Positions 9,051-17,228 of a DNA stretch of 37,507 nucleotides are shown piece by piece. The stretch comes from Acidimicrobiia bacterium (GTDB lineage Bacteria; Actinomycetota; Acidimicrobiia; Spongiisociales; ZC4RG35), in NCBI GenBank assembly GCA_036374915.1, contig DASUSU010000156.1:1-37507 (forward strand). Direction: 5' to 3'. Within the stretch, counting starts at the first letter, position 1. The number at the start of each line of letters is the position of its first letter. The notes under the pieces are model-generated. The model was not told where the DNA came from. It did not search any database and worked only from the letters and a program-made list of their open reading frames with translations. The position numbers and the translations under genes were made by a program.

Positions 9051-9086
9051 GCGGCGGGCCGGGGCGGGGCCGGATATCCTGAAGTC

Positions 9087-9452
9087 ATGAACTTCGTCAT
9101 CAAGCTGGCAGTCACTGCCTTGGCGGTGTGGATCGCCTTCTCGATCGTGCCCGGGCTCGATTGGACAGGCTCGTTCTGGAACCTGGTCGTCGTCGCTCTC
9201 CTGGTCGCCCTGGCCAATGCCATCGTCAAGCCGGTGTTGGTCCTGCTCAGCCTTCCCATCGTGATCCTGACCATGGGTCTGTTCCTGTTGATCACCAACG
9301 CCCTGGCCCTCCAGCTGGTGATCTGGCTCTCCGAGCCGGAGCGTCTCGACCTCGGCATCACCTCCACCGGGTTCTTCTGGGCCACCTTCCTCGGCGCCCT
9401 GGTCATCTCCCTGGTCCGGTTCGTGGTCGAGCGGCTGGTCAAGGTGGACTGA
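9087..9452 (+). CDS. phage-holin_4_2 (YvlD-like) family membrane protein
   Basis: Four hydrophobic helices with the family-typical LANAIVKPVLVLLSLPIVILTMGLFLLITNAL. Confidence 0.75.
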   Translation: MNFVIKLAVTALAVWIAFSIVPGLDWTGSFWNLVVVALLVALANAIVKPVLVLLSLPIVILTMGLFLLITNALALQLVIWLSEPERLDLGITSTGFFWATFLGALVISLVRFVVERLVKVD

Positions 9453-9503
9453 ACCCGCGTTCCTAATGCAGGGCGTCACGGATACGTGACGCGGTGCATA
9501 ACG
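9450..9503 (+). repeat. conserved post-stop-codon hairpin element, copy A
   Basis: Begins at the TGA of the holin-like gene. Core 9460-9503 is TTCCTAATGCAGGGCGTCACGGATACGTGACGCGGTGCATAACG. Fold: ATGCA/TGCAT outer stem, GG/GG internal loop, 8-bp GCGTCACG/CGTGACGC stem, GATA loop. Matches copy B (inverted) at 39 of 44 positions. Confidence 0.8.
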
Positions 9504-9510
9504 TTCGCCC

Positions 9511-9921
9511 TCAGTCCTCCCAGGACCGGATCCGGTCGATGTGGAAGCGGATCAGGACCGGGTACTCCGAGGCGAACTCCGGAGGCGTCCAACCGAGCCT
9601 GACGATCTCACCTTCGTACTTGGCCAGATAGGACGGGACCTCATGGGCCGGGGTGGGGGAACGGTCGATGGCGGCGGTGCCCTCCAAAGTGGCGATGCGG
9701 TCCCCCGTCTGATCGCCACGAAGGTTGAAGGCCACCTTCGGGTTGGCGTCGAGGTTGCGCAACTTGCGCGCTGCAGCCTGGCTATAGACGAGCAGGTCGT
9801 CGCTGTCTCGAAGGAACCAGACGACAGAGCTCTGCGGCTGACCGGTCGGCGAGACCGTGGTCAGCCAACCGACGAGCTCATGGTCCAGCTCGTCGGCGAG
9901 CTCCGGTCTCGTTGCGAACAT
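9511..9921 (-). CDS. PPOX-class (pyridoxamine 5'-phosphate oxidase family) probable F420-dependent oxidoreductase
   Basis: GWLTTVSPTGQPQSSVVWFL...LVYSQAAARKLRNLDANPKVAFNL is typical of the actinobacterial PPOX/F420 class. Confidence 0.8.
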   Translation of the reverse strand: MFATRPELADELDHELVGWLTTVSPTGQPQSSVVWFLRDSDDLLVYSQAAARKLRNLDANPKVAFNLRGDQTGDRIATLEGTAAIDRSPTPAHEVPSYLAKYEGEIVRLGWTPPEFASEYPVLIRFHIDRIRSWED

Positions 9922-9957
9922 GGCGAGACCATACCCGGGCCATCAGGGGCTCTCGCC

Positions 9958-11370
9958 TCAGGTGTCGACAACGACGGCCGCCTCCCCGTAGACCTGAATG
10001 CCGGTCCGGTTGGCCACGATCTCGCCGGAGTCGAGGTCGATCACATCGACCTGCTGAACGGTGGAGTAGGAGGTGACATAGGCGAAAGTGCCGTCCTGGC
10101 TGAACGAGATCTGTCCCAAGTACTCCTCGCCCTGCGCCGGCGGATGATGAGCGATCACGTCGAGATCGGCCGGATCGATCAGAAAGACGCCGGAGGGCTC
10201 CACCGAGTAGGTGGTGGGACCGCTCTCCTCGGTGTAACCGGTGGCCAGCAGATGCCGCCCGCCCGGCGACATGAACACGACCGAGATCGGGGCTTCGAGT
10301 CGATCGACGATCTGCCAGGAGCCGGTATCGACGGCCACTATGCCGGAAGGGGTCGTGAGCGAAGTCGGGGAGTCCACAGACTGGACGAATCCCCCGATCG
10401 AGCCGGCCACATACATCACCGTGCCGTCGTGGCCGAGCACTGCGGTCCGTCCTGTTGTGGCCCAGAGATCGGCATCGTTCGACTCGCTCTCTGTGACCTG
10501 GCCCCCATCGTCGGTCGCTGGTCCGAAACGATGTTGTGATATCTCCCCGGTGTCGAGGTCGAACTCGGTGACGAGGTCGTCGACGGCATGCACGACCAGG
10601 ATTCGCCCCTTGCTTTCGTCCCAGACGACGGCCGGATAGGAGTCGACCACGCCGGTCTGCCCATTGCCCAGGTCGACCAGCTCGGCGGCGCCGATCCCGG
10701 TCCCGGGCAGCTCCGTCTCGCTGATAGCTCCGGTCGACTGATCGACTGAGATCACGATCAATGTGCCCTGGCGTGATGAGGTGTCGTAGTTCTGGCCGGG
10801 GAGGACGATCCGATCCCCGTGCATGAGGGGGGCGTCCCAAGGCGAGAAATCAGACGGGAGTTCGGCCACGGTCTCCGGCTGATCGAACCCGACGCCGGTG
10901 CGCATCAGCCGGGGACTGGGGGCCTGGAAGAGGTAGGTGTGGATGACGCCATCGTCGGACACGCTCATTGGTGAGCCGCTGAGTTGCGTCCATTCTCCGA
11001 CCACCCTCCATTCGGGGAGATCGATGAGACGAACGCCTTCGTTCAATCCGGAGTCGTTGCCGAAGAGAAGTGCCAGCCATCTCGCGTTCGGCGAGCTGAC
11101 CCCCACGCTCCAGTCACTCATCGGGATCGGATCCAACTCAGGCTGCGGATCGAGTGTGCGCGGGTCGACCCGGTAGGCGGCGGAAGTCTCCACGTCGACC
11201 GTCGTGCTGGGGGCGGGGCGCGCTCTGGTCGTCGGAGTCAGATCGCCGATGCTCGGGGTCGGCGCGAACACGTCGGGTGCGACGGTGTCATCGGCGGCCG
11301 TGGTCCCGGTGCAGGCGACGAGGATCAGGGCACACGCGACAAGTGCGACCAGCGATTGGCTTGACGCCAT
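9958..11370 (-). CDS. secreted beta-propeller lipoprotein, function unknown
   Basis: Signal peptide with lipobox LVACTG. Repetitive beta-strand-rich sequence with D-x-x-G/S-G motifs (YVTN/lactonase-like propeller). Confidence 0.7.
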   Translation of the reverse strand: MASSQSLVALVACALILVACTGTTAADDTVAPDVFAPTPSIGDLTPTTRARPAPSTTVDVETSAAYRVDPRTLDPQPELDPIPMSDWSVGVSSPNARWLALLFGNDSGLNEGVRLIDLPEWRVVGEWTQLSGSPMSVSDDGVIHTYLFQAPSPRLMRTGVGFDQPETVAELPSDFSPWDAPLMHGDRIVLPGQNYDTSSRQGTLIVISVDQSTGAISETELPGTGIGAAELVDLGNGQTGVVDSYPAVVWDESKGRILVVHAVDDLVTEFDLDTGEISQHRFGPATDDGGQVTESESNDADLWATTGRTAVLGHDGTVMYVAGSIGGFVQSVDSPTSLTTPSGIVAVDTGSWQIVDRLEAPISVVFMSPGGRHLLATGYTEESGPTTYSVEPSGVFLIDPADLDVIAHHPPAQGEEYLGQISFSQDGTFAYVTSYSTVQQVDVIDLDSGEIVANRTGIQVYGEAAVVVDT

Positions 11371-11428
11371 GACTCGGCTCCAGGGTCAAGGCTATCAACG
11401 GCGCTGCTTGCATCCCGGTTCCGGTGTT

Positions 11429-11480
11429 TGTTATGCACTCCGTCACATATCCGTGACGTCCTGCATTAGGAAGGCGGTTA
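11429..11480 (-). repeat. conserved post-stop-codon hairpin element, copy B
   Basis: On the minus strand it starts at the TAA (11480-11478) of the CrtI-like gene and reads TTCCTAATGCAGGACGTCACGGATATGTGACGGAGTGCATAACA. Orientation relative to the upstream gene is the same as copy A. Confidence 0.8.
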
Positions 11481-13073
11481 CTTCTTCTTGGCCAGGTCCC
11501 CGAGGATCTGTTGGGAGGCGAAGCGGCCGGGGGCGCCCATGACGCAGCCGCCGGGGTGGGTGCCCGAGCCGCATTGGTAGTAGCCCTCGATCGGGGTTCG
11601 GTACTGGTTCCAGCCGGGGGCGGGACGGAAGAAGAACATCTGGGGGGCGAGGAACTCGCCGGCGAAGATGTTGCCCTCGCTCAGCCCGACCACCCGCTCG
11701 ATGTCGAGAGGGGTGACCACCTCCCGGTGGAGGACCAGGTCGCCGAAGCCGGGGAAGAACCCCTCCAGGGTCTTCTGCACCACGTCGCCGAACCTGTCCC
11801 GCTCGGCGTCCCAGTCGCTCTCCCTGAGGTGGTAGGGGGCGTACTGGATGAAGCAGGACATCACCGCCTTGCCCGGCGGGGCCATGTCAGGGTCGACGTT
11901 GGACTGGATGCAGCCGTCGATGTAAGGCTTCTGCGAGTACCACCCGTACTTGGCGTCGTCGAACGCCCGCTCCAGGTAGTCGAGGGAGGGGCCCATGTTG
12001 ATGAAGCCCCGGTAGTGATCGGAGCGCCCTTCCAGACCGGGATAGGTGGGGTTGGAGTCGAGGGCGAAGTTGACCTTGGCCGACGTGCCCTGGAATTTGA
12101 AGCGGCGGATGTTCTCGACCAGGTCGGTGGGCAGCTCCCTCGGGTCGACCAGGTCCATGAAGGTGCGGCGGGGGTCTACCGAAGAGACCACAGTCTTCGC
12201 CGCGAGCTCGGTGCCGTCCTCGAGGACCACCCCTGTGGCCTTCCCGTTCCTGGTGACGACGTGGTCCACCGGCGATTCGAGACGGATCTCGGCGCCGAAC
12301 GCCTGCGCGGCCCGGGCGAGCACCTGGGTGAAGCCGCCGTTGCCCCCCTTGTGGAACGCCCAGGCCCCATAGGCACCGTCGTGCTCGCCGAAGGAGTGGT
12401 AGAGCAGGACCAGCCCCGAGCCCTGCGACCTGGGGCCGACCTTGGTCCCGATGATGCCCGAGGAGGCGAGGAGCCCCTGCATGATGTCCGACTCGAAGTA
12501 GTCCTCGAGGATGTCGGCGGCGCTCCCGGTGGTCAGGCGAATCAGGTCGTGGAGCACGCCGGCGGGCAGGTCGGCCAGATATGCGCCGATGGCGGCCATC
12601 CGGGCCCGCTCCTCGGGGTCCTTGGAGGTGATGTCGGGCGGGATCGAATCCATCAGCGGCCGGATGGCATGGACCACCTGCTCCATCATGTGCCCATAGG
12701 CGTCGTAGGCGTCGGCGTCGTGCGGGGAGTGACGGGAGATCTCGTGGTGGTTCTCGTTCTTGTCCTGCCCGAGGAGGAGGTAGTCCCCGTCTTCGGTAGG
12801 AGCGAAGGTGGAGGGCATGAGCAAGGGCATGAACCCGTGCTTGGTCAGTTCGAGCTCGTGGATGATCTCGGGGCGAAGCAGGCTGAGGGCGTAGGAGAAG
12901 GTGGTGAAGCTGAACCCGGGGTGGAGCTCTTCGGTGATGGCCGCCCCGCCGACCAGGTGGCGTCGCTCCAGGATCAGGGTGTCGAGCCCTGCCCTGGCCA
13001 GATACGCCCCGTTGACCAGCCCGTTGTGCCCGCCGCCGATCACGATGGCGTCGTACTTTCTCTTCTCTGGCAT
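11478..13073 (-). CDS. phytoene desaturase (CrtI)-family NAD(P)/FAD-dependent oxidoreductase
   Basis: MPEKRKYDAIVIGGGHNGLVNGAYLARAG...LERRHLVGGAA, with C-terminal GSGTHPGGCVMGAPG. The 839-aa listed ORF is trimmed to ATG 13073, 8 nt after the upstream gene stop. Confidence 0.85.
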   Translation of the reverse strand: MPEKRKYDAIVIGGGHNGLVNGAYLARAGLDTLILERRHLVGGAAITEELHPGFSFTTFSYALSLLRPEIIHELELTKHGFMPLLMPSTFAPTEDGDYLLLGQDKNENHHEISRHSPHDADAYDAYGHMMEQVVHAIRPLMDSIPPDITSKDPEERARMAAIGAYLADLPAGVLHDLIRLTTGSAADILEDYFESDIMQGLLASSGIIGTKVGPRSQGSGLVLLYHSFGEHDGAYGAWAFHKGGNGGFTQVLARAAQAFGAEIRLESPVDHVVTRNGKATGVVLEDGTELAAKTVVSSVDPRRTFMDLVDPRELPTDLVENIRRFKFQGTSAKVNFALDSNPTYPGLEGRSDHYRGFINMGPSLDYLERAFDDAKYGWYSQKPYIDGCIQSNVDPDMAPPGKAVMSCFIQYAPYHLRESDWDAERDRFGDVVQKTLEGFFPGFGDLVLHREVVTPLDIERVVGLSEGNIFAGEFLAPQMFFFRPAPGWNQYRTPIEGYYQCGSGTHPGGCVMGAPGRFASQQILGDLAKKK

Positions 13074-13081
13074 CGGGTACC

Positions 13082-14281
13082 TCAGGCTGTCTTTCGTGGC
13101 GGGTTGAAGAAGGGAAGCCGGCTCACATTGGCCTTGACCACGTCGTAGCGGTGGTCGATGGTCACCTCGAGCCCCACCTCGGTGCCGACCGCGGCGTGCT
13201 CGGGACGGACCCGTGCGATCCCGACGTGACGCTGGGTCATCGGCGAGTAGACGAAGCTCGGGGTGTACCCGATCCGCTCCAGCTTCTCGTCGTAGATCAT
13301 CATCCCCCCGTGCTCGGGGGTGTGGTCCTTGGGCGGGACCAGGCTTCGCTCGTTGTAGACCCGGTTCCAGTCCTCCCAGTCGACGGTGATCCCCACCGTC
13401 TTCCATCGGGAGGTGCCTTCCTTCAGCTCGCGCTCGATGGCGCGGCGGCCGATGAAGTTGCGATCGTCGCTCTCCAGGTCGCGCAGCATCCAGCCCAGGC
13501 CGAGCTCGTGCGGAGTGGTGCGCTGGTCGTCGTTCCAGGCATACCGGGAGGAGTGGAAGTCGACATCGATCAGCACGAGCCCGGCCTCGATGCGGGCGAT
13601 GAGCAGGGCGGTCTGCCCGGCCGGGATCACCCCATAGGGTGCGGCAACCTCGAAGAGGGCGTCCCAGACGCCGACTGCGTCTCCACGCTCGACCCAGATC
13701 TCGTAGCCGAGGTCTCCGGTGTAGCCGGTCCGGGAGATGGTCACCGCGGCAGTGCCGATCTTTGCCGGGGTGAGATGGAAGTAGCCGATCTCCGTCATTT
13801 CCGGGGCGAGTTGCTGGAGGATCTGGCGGGCATAGGGGCCTTGCAGGGCGAGTGCCCCGTATTCGTCGGAGACATCTTCGATTGCGACCGCCATCGCACC
13901 GGCCAGGTCCTGGAGATAGGCCATGTTGGGCTCGGCCGCGGTGAGCAGGAACTCGTCTTCGGAGTGTCGCAGGATCACCCCGTCCTCGACCACCCATCCG
14001 GCGTCGTCACACCAGACCGTGTAATGCGCCTGCCCGGGCCGGCACTTCCGGATGTCCCGGGCCAGCACGCCGGCGAGGAAGGTCTCGGCGTCTTTCCCCG
14101 TGATCCAGTACTTGTAGAGGGGGGAGGTGTCGATGACGGCGGCCGAGTTCCTGATCGCGAAGTACTCGAACTTGTCCGACATCTGATATCGATCGGTGGC
14201 CAGATACCCGGACCAGTGGCTCCACAGACCGGTCTGGTTGGCCTGGCTGGTCCTGGGGTGGAACGGCGTCTCTCGGATCAT
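13082..14281 (-). CDS. aminomethyltransferase (GcvT/DmdA) family protein, folate-binding
   Basis: RNSAAVIDTSPLYKYWITGKDAETFL, LALQGP and ISRTGYTGDLGYEIW motifs. Trimmed to ATG 14281 (MIRETPF). Confidence 0.85.
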   Translation of the reverse strand: MIRETPFHPRTSQANQTGLWSHWSGYLATDRYQMSDKFEYFAIRNSAAVIDTSPLYKYWITGKDAETFLAGVLARDIRKCRPGQAHYTVWCDDAGWVVEDGVILRHSEDEFLLTAAEPNMAYLQDLAGAMAVAIEDVSDEYGALALQGPYARQILQQLAPEMTEIGYFHLTPAKIGTAAVTISRTGYTGDLGYEIWVERGDAVGVWDALFEVAAPYGVIPAGQTALLIARIEAGLVLIDVDFHSSRYAWNDDQRTTPHELGLGWMLRDLESDDRNFIGRRAIERELKEGTSRWKTVGITVDWEDWNRVYNERSLVPPKDHTPEHGGMMIYDEKLERIGYTPSFVYSPMTQRHVGIARVRPEHAAVGTEVGLEVTIDHRYDVVKANVSRLPFFNPPRKTA

Positions 14282-14325
14282 GTCGGCTGCCTCGATTCTG
14301 GTCCGGCCACTGTAATCCCGGTTGT

Positions 14326-14341
14326 CTGAATCGTCATTCAG
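14326..14341. promoter_or_regulatory. island palindrome site: CTGAATCGTCATTCAG (perfect 6-bp arms)
   Basis: Lies in the 189-bp divergent region, 45-60 nt upstream of the GcvT-like start. A minus-strand TACAGT -10-like hexamer sits 11 nt downstream of it. Confidence 0.6.
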
Positions 14342-14450
14342 GTTTGGCTCGCACCCGGTCCACAGCCCCGCTCCCAACGACCGTGGAGATGGCACGTGTC
14401 CCGATTCGACGCATCGGTCGGCTCGAGGGGATACATTCCCGAGGTCAAAC

Positions 14451-14466
14451 CTGAACGGAGAGTCAG
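14451..14466. promoter_or_regulatory. island palindrome site: CTGAACGGAGAGTCAG
   Basis: Ends 4 nt before the ATG (14471) of the ABC substrate-binding gene and overlaps its RBS. Identical to site 29473-29488 at 14 of 16 positions. Confidence 0.5.
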
Positions 14467-14470
14467 AGTC

Positions 14471-16231
14471 ATGAGACGGATAGTCGTGTTGCTGCTCGTT
14501 GCCCTGGTCGCAGTGTCACTTGCCCCAGTTGTCTCGGCCCAGGAGGATGACGACCAGGTCACCCTCCGCATCGGGCTGACCCAGGATTGGGAGACCTTGA
14601 ACCCGACGTCGGGTTTCGCGGTCAGTGAGTACGAGGTCTGGAACGTCCATTACGCCACCTTGACCGACAAGGCGGCCGACGACTTCGAGACCTCACCCGG
14701 CCTGGCCGAGTCGTGGGAGGAGGTGGAGCCGGGCATCACCTACACCTACACCCTGCGAGAAGGCCTGCTCTGGTCCGATGGTGAGCCCCTCACCGCCGAG
14801 GACGTGGCCTGGAACATCAACACCGCCCGGGATCAGGGCTGGGACAACATGATCTCCACCGTGGCCAACATCGAGGCCACCGTGGTCGACGAGCGCACCG
14901 TCCAGCTCACGTCTTCGGTGCCCGACCCCAAGCTTCCCACCATGGACGTCTACCTGGTGCCTCAGCACATCTGGGAACCGATCGCCACCGACTACGACGC
15001 CGCCACCCAGTATGCGGCCGAAGACGGTGTCGGGAGCGGGCCGTTCGTCGTCAGCGAGTTCACCAAGGGCCAATCGGTGGTCATGGACGCCAACCCCAAC
15101 TACTGGGGATGGGAGGGTGAGGAGCCCCCCTACGACCGGGTGATCTTCCAACTGTTCGAGAACCCCGACGCCATGGTGGCCGCTCTCCAGCAGGGCCAGC
15201 TCGACGCGGCGCATGGCTTCCCGGCCGGCTCCTGGGAGTCGCTCGAGGCCGACCCTGACATCGAGGTTGTCGCCGGCCAGCAGGGCGGGTTCGACGAGAT
15301 CGCCATCAACGGCGGGGCCGCCGAGGGCCAGCCCCATCCCGCCCTTCTCGACGTGAACGTGCGTCGGGCCATATCCCACGGCATCGATCGGGAAGCGGTG
15401 ATCGAGGACCTCTGGTTCGGGCTGGCCGACCCGCTGGAGACGATGAGCCCGTCGGCGGACCCCAAGTGGCTTCCCGAGATCCCCGAGGAGAACCGGCTGG
15501 GCTACGACCCGGACCGGGCCAACCAGATCCTCGACGAGGGGGGCTACCTCGACAGCGACGGGGACGGGGTGAGGGAGATGCCCGACGGGTCGAACCCGAT
15601 CGTCATCCGTCATGCGGTCAACACCGACGGTGACCTCGCCGGCCCGATCGGAGAGTTGATGGTGGGCTGGATGGAGGACATCGGGATCGGGGTCACCCTG
15701 GAGTCGTACGACCAGGACGCCCTGTTCTCGGTGATCGTCGAGGGCACCTACGACACCTTCTTCTGGGGCTGGGTGCCCTTCGTGGATCCCGACCCGATGC
15801 TCTCCTACTTCACCGAGGCCGAGTTGGGCAACTACAACGACGCCAACTGGTTCGACCCCGAGTTCGATGCCATGTATCTCGCCCAGAAGGAGGAGATCGA
15901 CGAGGAGGAGCGGATCGCAATCGTCCACGACATGCTCACCCTGTTCCACGACGCCGCCATCTACATCCCCATGTATCTCGGCCCTGACCTGCAGGCCTAT
16001 CGCACAGACACCTTCGAAGGCTGGGTGAAGCAGCCTGCCGAGATCGGCCCGGTCATTTTCACAAACTCCTCGCCCAGCTACGCCCGCCTCAGCCCGATCG
16101 GGGCCGAGGGCGGCGGGTCCGACGACGGGATCAACTGGCTCCTCTGGGGCGGGATCGCCGCCGGGATCGTGGTCCTGGCCGCGGTGTTCCTGATCACCCG
16201 ACGCACCGCCTCCAGGGACGAACGGGAGTGA
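14471..16231 (+). CDS. ABC transporter substrate-binding protein, family 5 (peptide/nickel, DppA/OppA-like), with predicted C-terminal membrane anchor
   Basis: Sec-type signal MRRIVVLLLVALVAVSLAPVVSAQ and an SBP_bac_5-like body (TYTLREGLLWSDGEPLTAEDV). C-terminus is INWLLWGGIAAGIVVLAAVFLITRRTASRDERE. Confidence 0.85.
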   Translation: MRRIVVLLLVALVAVSLAPVVSAQEDDDQVTLRIGLTQDWETLNPTSGFAVSEYEVWNVHYATLTDKAADDFETSPGLAESWEEVEPGITYTYTLREGLLWSDGEPLTAEDVAWNINTARDQGWDNMISTVANIEATVVDERTVQLTSSVPDPKLPTMDVYLVPQHIWEPIATDYDAATQYAAEDGVGSGPFVVSEFTKGQSVVMDANPNYWGWEGEEPPYDRVIFQLFENPDAMVAALQQGQLDAAHGFPAGSWESLEADPDIEVVAGQQGGFDEIAINGGAAEGQPHPALLDVNVRRAISHGIDREAVIEDLWFGLADPLETMSPSADPKWLPEIPEENRLGYDPDRANQILDEGGYLDSDGDGVREMPDGSNPIVIRHAVNTDGDLAGPIGELMVGWMEDIGIGVTLESYDQDALFSVIVEGTYDTFFWGWVPFVDPDPMLSYFTEAELGNYNDANWFDPEFDAMYLAQKEEIDEEERIAIVHDMLTLFHDAAIYIPMYLGPDLQAYRTDTFEGWVKQPAEIGPVIFTNSSPSYARLSPIGAEGGGSDDGINWLLWGGIAAGIVVLAAVFLITRRTASRDERE

Positions 16232-16289
16232 CCAGCTGACCGTCGGACAACAGAGAAGGCGGGGGCGAGGGCGACTCATCGCGCGGAAG

Positions 16290-17228
16290 GTGCTGGGGTC
16301 GTTGCTCACCCTCGTCTTCGTCCTGGTGTTCAACTTCCTGTTGTTCCGGGTGGTGCAGACCGATCCGATCGGCTCGTTGTTCCGGGGAAGGAACGTCCCG
16401 CAGGCCACTCTGGACAACCTGCGTGAATCGTTCGGTCTCGACCAGTCGCTGGGCACCCAGTTCGTCTTCTACCTGAGGGAGACGGCACAGCTCAACTTCG
16501 GTCTCTCCTATCAGAGCCGTCAGCCGGTGTGGGACGAGATCGTGTCCGCGGTGCCGGCGACGGTCGCCCTGGTCGGGGTCTCTTCCGTCCTCTCCGCCGT
16601 CATAGGCACCGCGGCCGGAGTCATCGCCGCCTGGCGCCGCAACACCTGGAAGGACCACACCATCACATCGGGGACGATGGTGTTCTACTCGATGCCCGAC
16701 TTCTGGCTGGGGATGATCCTCCTCGTCTTGTTCGCCGTGGTCCTGGGGTGGTTCCCGGTCGGGGGCGTGGCCACCGCCGGCTCCAATGCCACCGGCTTTG
16801 CCCTCCTCCTCGACCAGCTACGGCACATGTTCCTGCCCGCCCTCACCCTCACCCTCGCCTACCTCGGCGAGTACACCCTGGTGACCAGGAGCTCGTTGCT
16901 GGATGTGATGGGGGAGGACTACCTGACCGTGGCCCGGGCCAAAGGCCTCCGTGACGTGGTTGTCCGCAACCGTCATGCGGTGCCCAATGCGCTGCTCCCG
17001 GTGGTCACCCTCACCGCGATCAACTTCGGCTTCGTCCTGTCCGGCGCGATCGCAGTGGAGGCTGTCTTCTCCTGGCCCGGGCTGGGCAAGGCAACCGCAG
17101 ATGCGATCCGGGGGCCCGACCTCCCCATGCTCCAGGGTCTCTTCCTCCTGTTCAGCGCGGCCGTGATCGTGTTCAACCTGATCGCCGACCTCACCTACTC
17201 CTGGCTCGACCCCAGGGTGGAGACATGA
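16290..17228 (+). CDS. ABC transporter permease (DppB/OppB-like)
   Basis: BPD_transp_1 features (LVTRSSLLDVMGEDYLTVARAKGL). The first canonical start is GTG 16290, but the conserved basic N-segment (RLIARKVLG) is encoded upstream in frame, so the true start is uncertain. Confidence 0.8.
   Translation: MLGSLLTLVFVLVFNFLLFRVVQTDPIGSLFRGRNVPQATLDNLRESFGLDQSLGTQFVFYLRETAQLNFGLSYQSRQPVWDEIVSAVPATVALVGVSSVLSAVIGTAAGVIAAWRRNTWKDHTITSGTMVFYSMPDFWLGMILLVLFAVVLGWFPVGGVATAGSNATGFALLLDQLRHMFLPALTLTLAYLGEYTLVTRSSLLDVMGEDYLTVARAKGLRDVVVRNRHAVPNALLPVVTLTAINFGFVLSGAIAVEAVFSWPGLGKATADAIRGPDLPMLQGLFLLFSAAVIVFNLIADLTYSWLDPRVET

Noticed and set aside
9051-9073. G-rich tract GCGGCGGGCCGGGGCGGGGCCGG after the Vgb-like gene as a G-quadruplex.
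   Set aside because: Only three runs of three or more G are present. In DNA this G+C-rich such tracts are expected by composition.
9075-9083. TATCCTGAA upstream of the holin-like gene, identical to the left half of the 29469 operator.
   Set aside because: No matching right arm at N6 spacing (the sequence continues GTCATGAACTT). A single 9-mer half-site is within chance expectation for this window.
9923-9957. GGCGAGA...TCTCGCC 7-bp stem between the lipoprotein stop and the PPOX start as a terminator.
   Set aside because: A 21-nt loop and no U-tract make this a weak structure. The genes are co-oriented and probably co-transcribed.
10054-10069. CTGAACGGTGGAGTAG inside the propeller-lipoprotein gene. 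Its first 11 nt are identical to the 25577 operator.
   Set aside because: The right arm is AGTAG, not TTCAG, so there is no dyad symmetry, and it lies deep in coding sequence. It is noted only as a possible decayed or half site.
9450-11480. Hairpin repeats as integron attC sites, or as ends of a transposon or MITE carrying the PPOX and lipoprotein genes.
   Set aside because: There is no integrase or transposase in the window. The two copies are in opposite orientation, whereas integron cassettes are normally co-oriented. The ends do not fit RYYYAAC/GTTRRRY well, and I see no direct target-site duplication flanking 9460 and 11472. The idea is kept only as a minor alternative in the finding.
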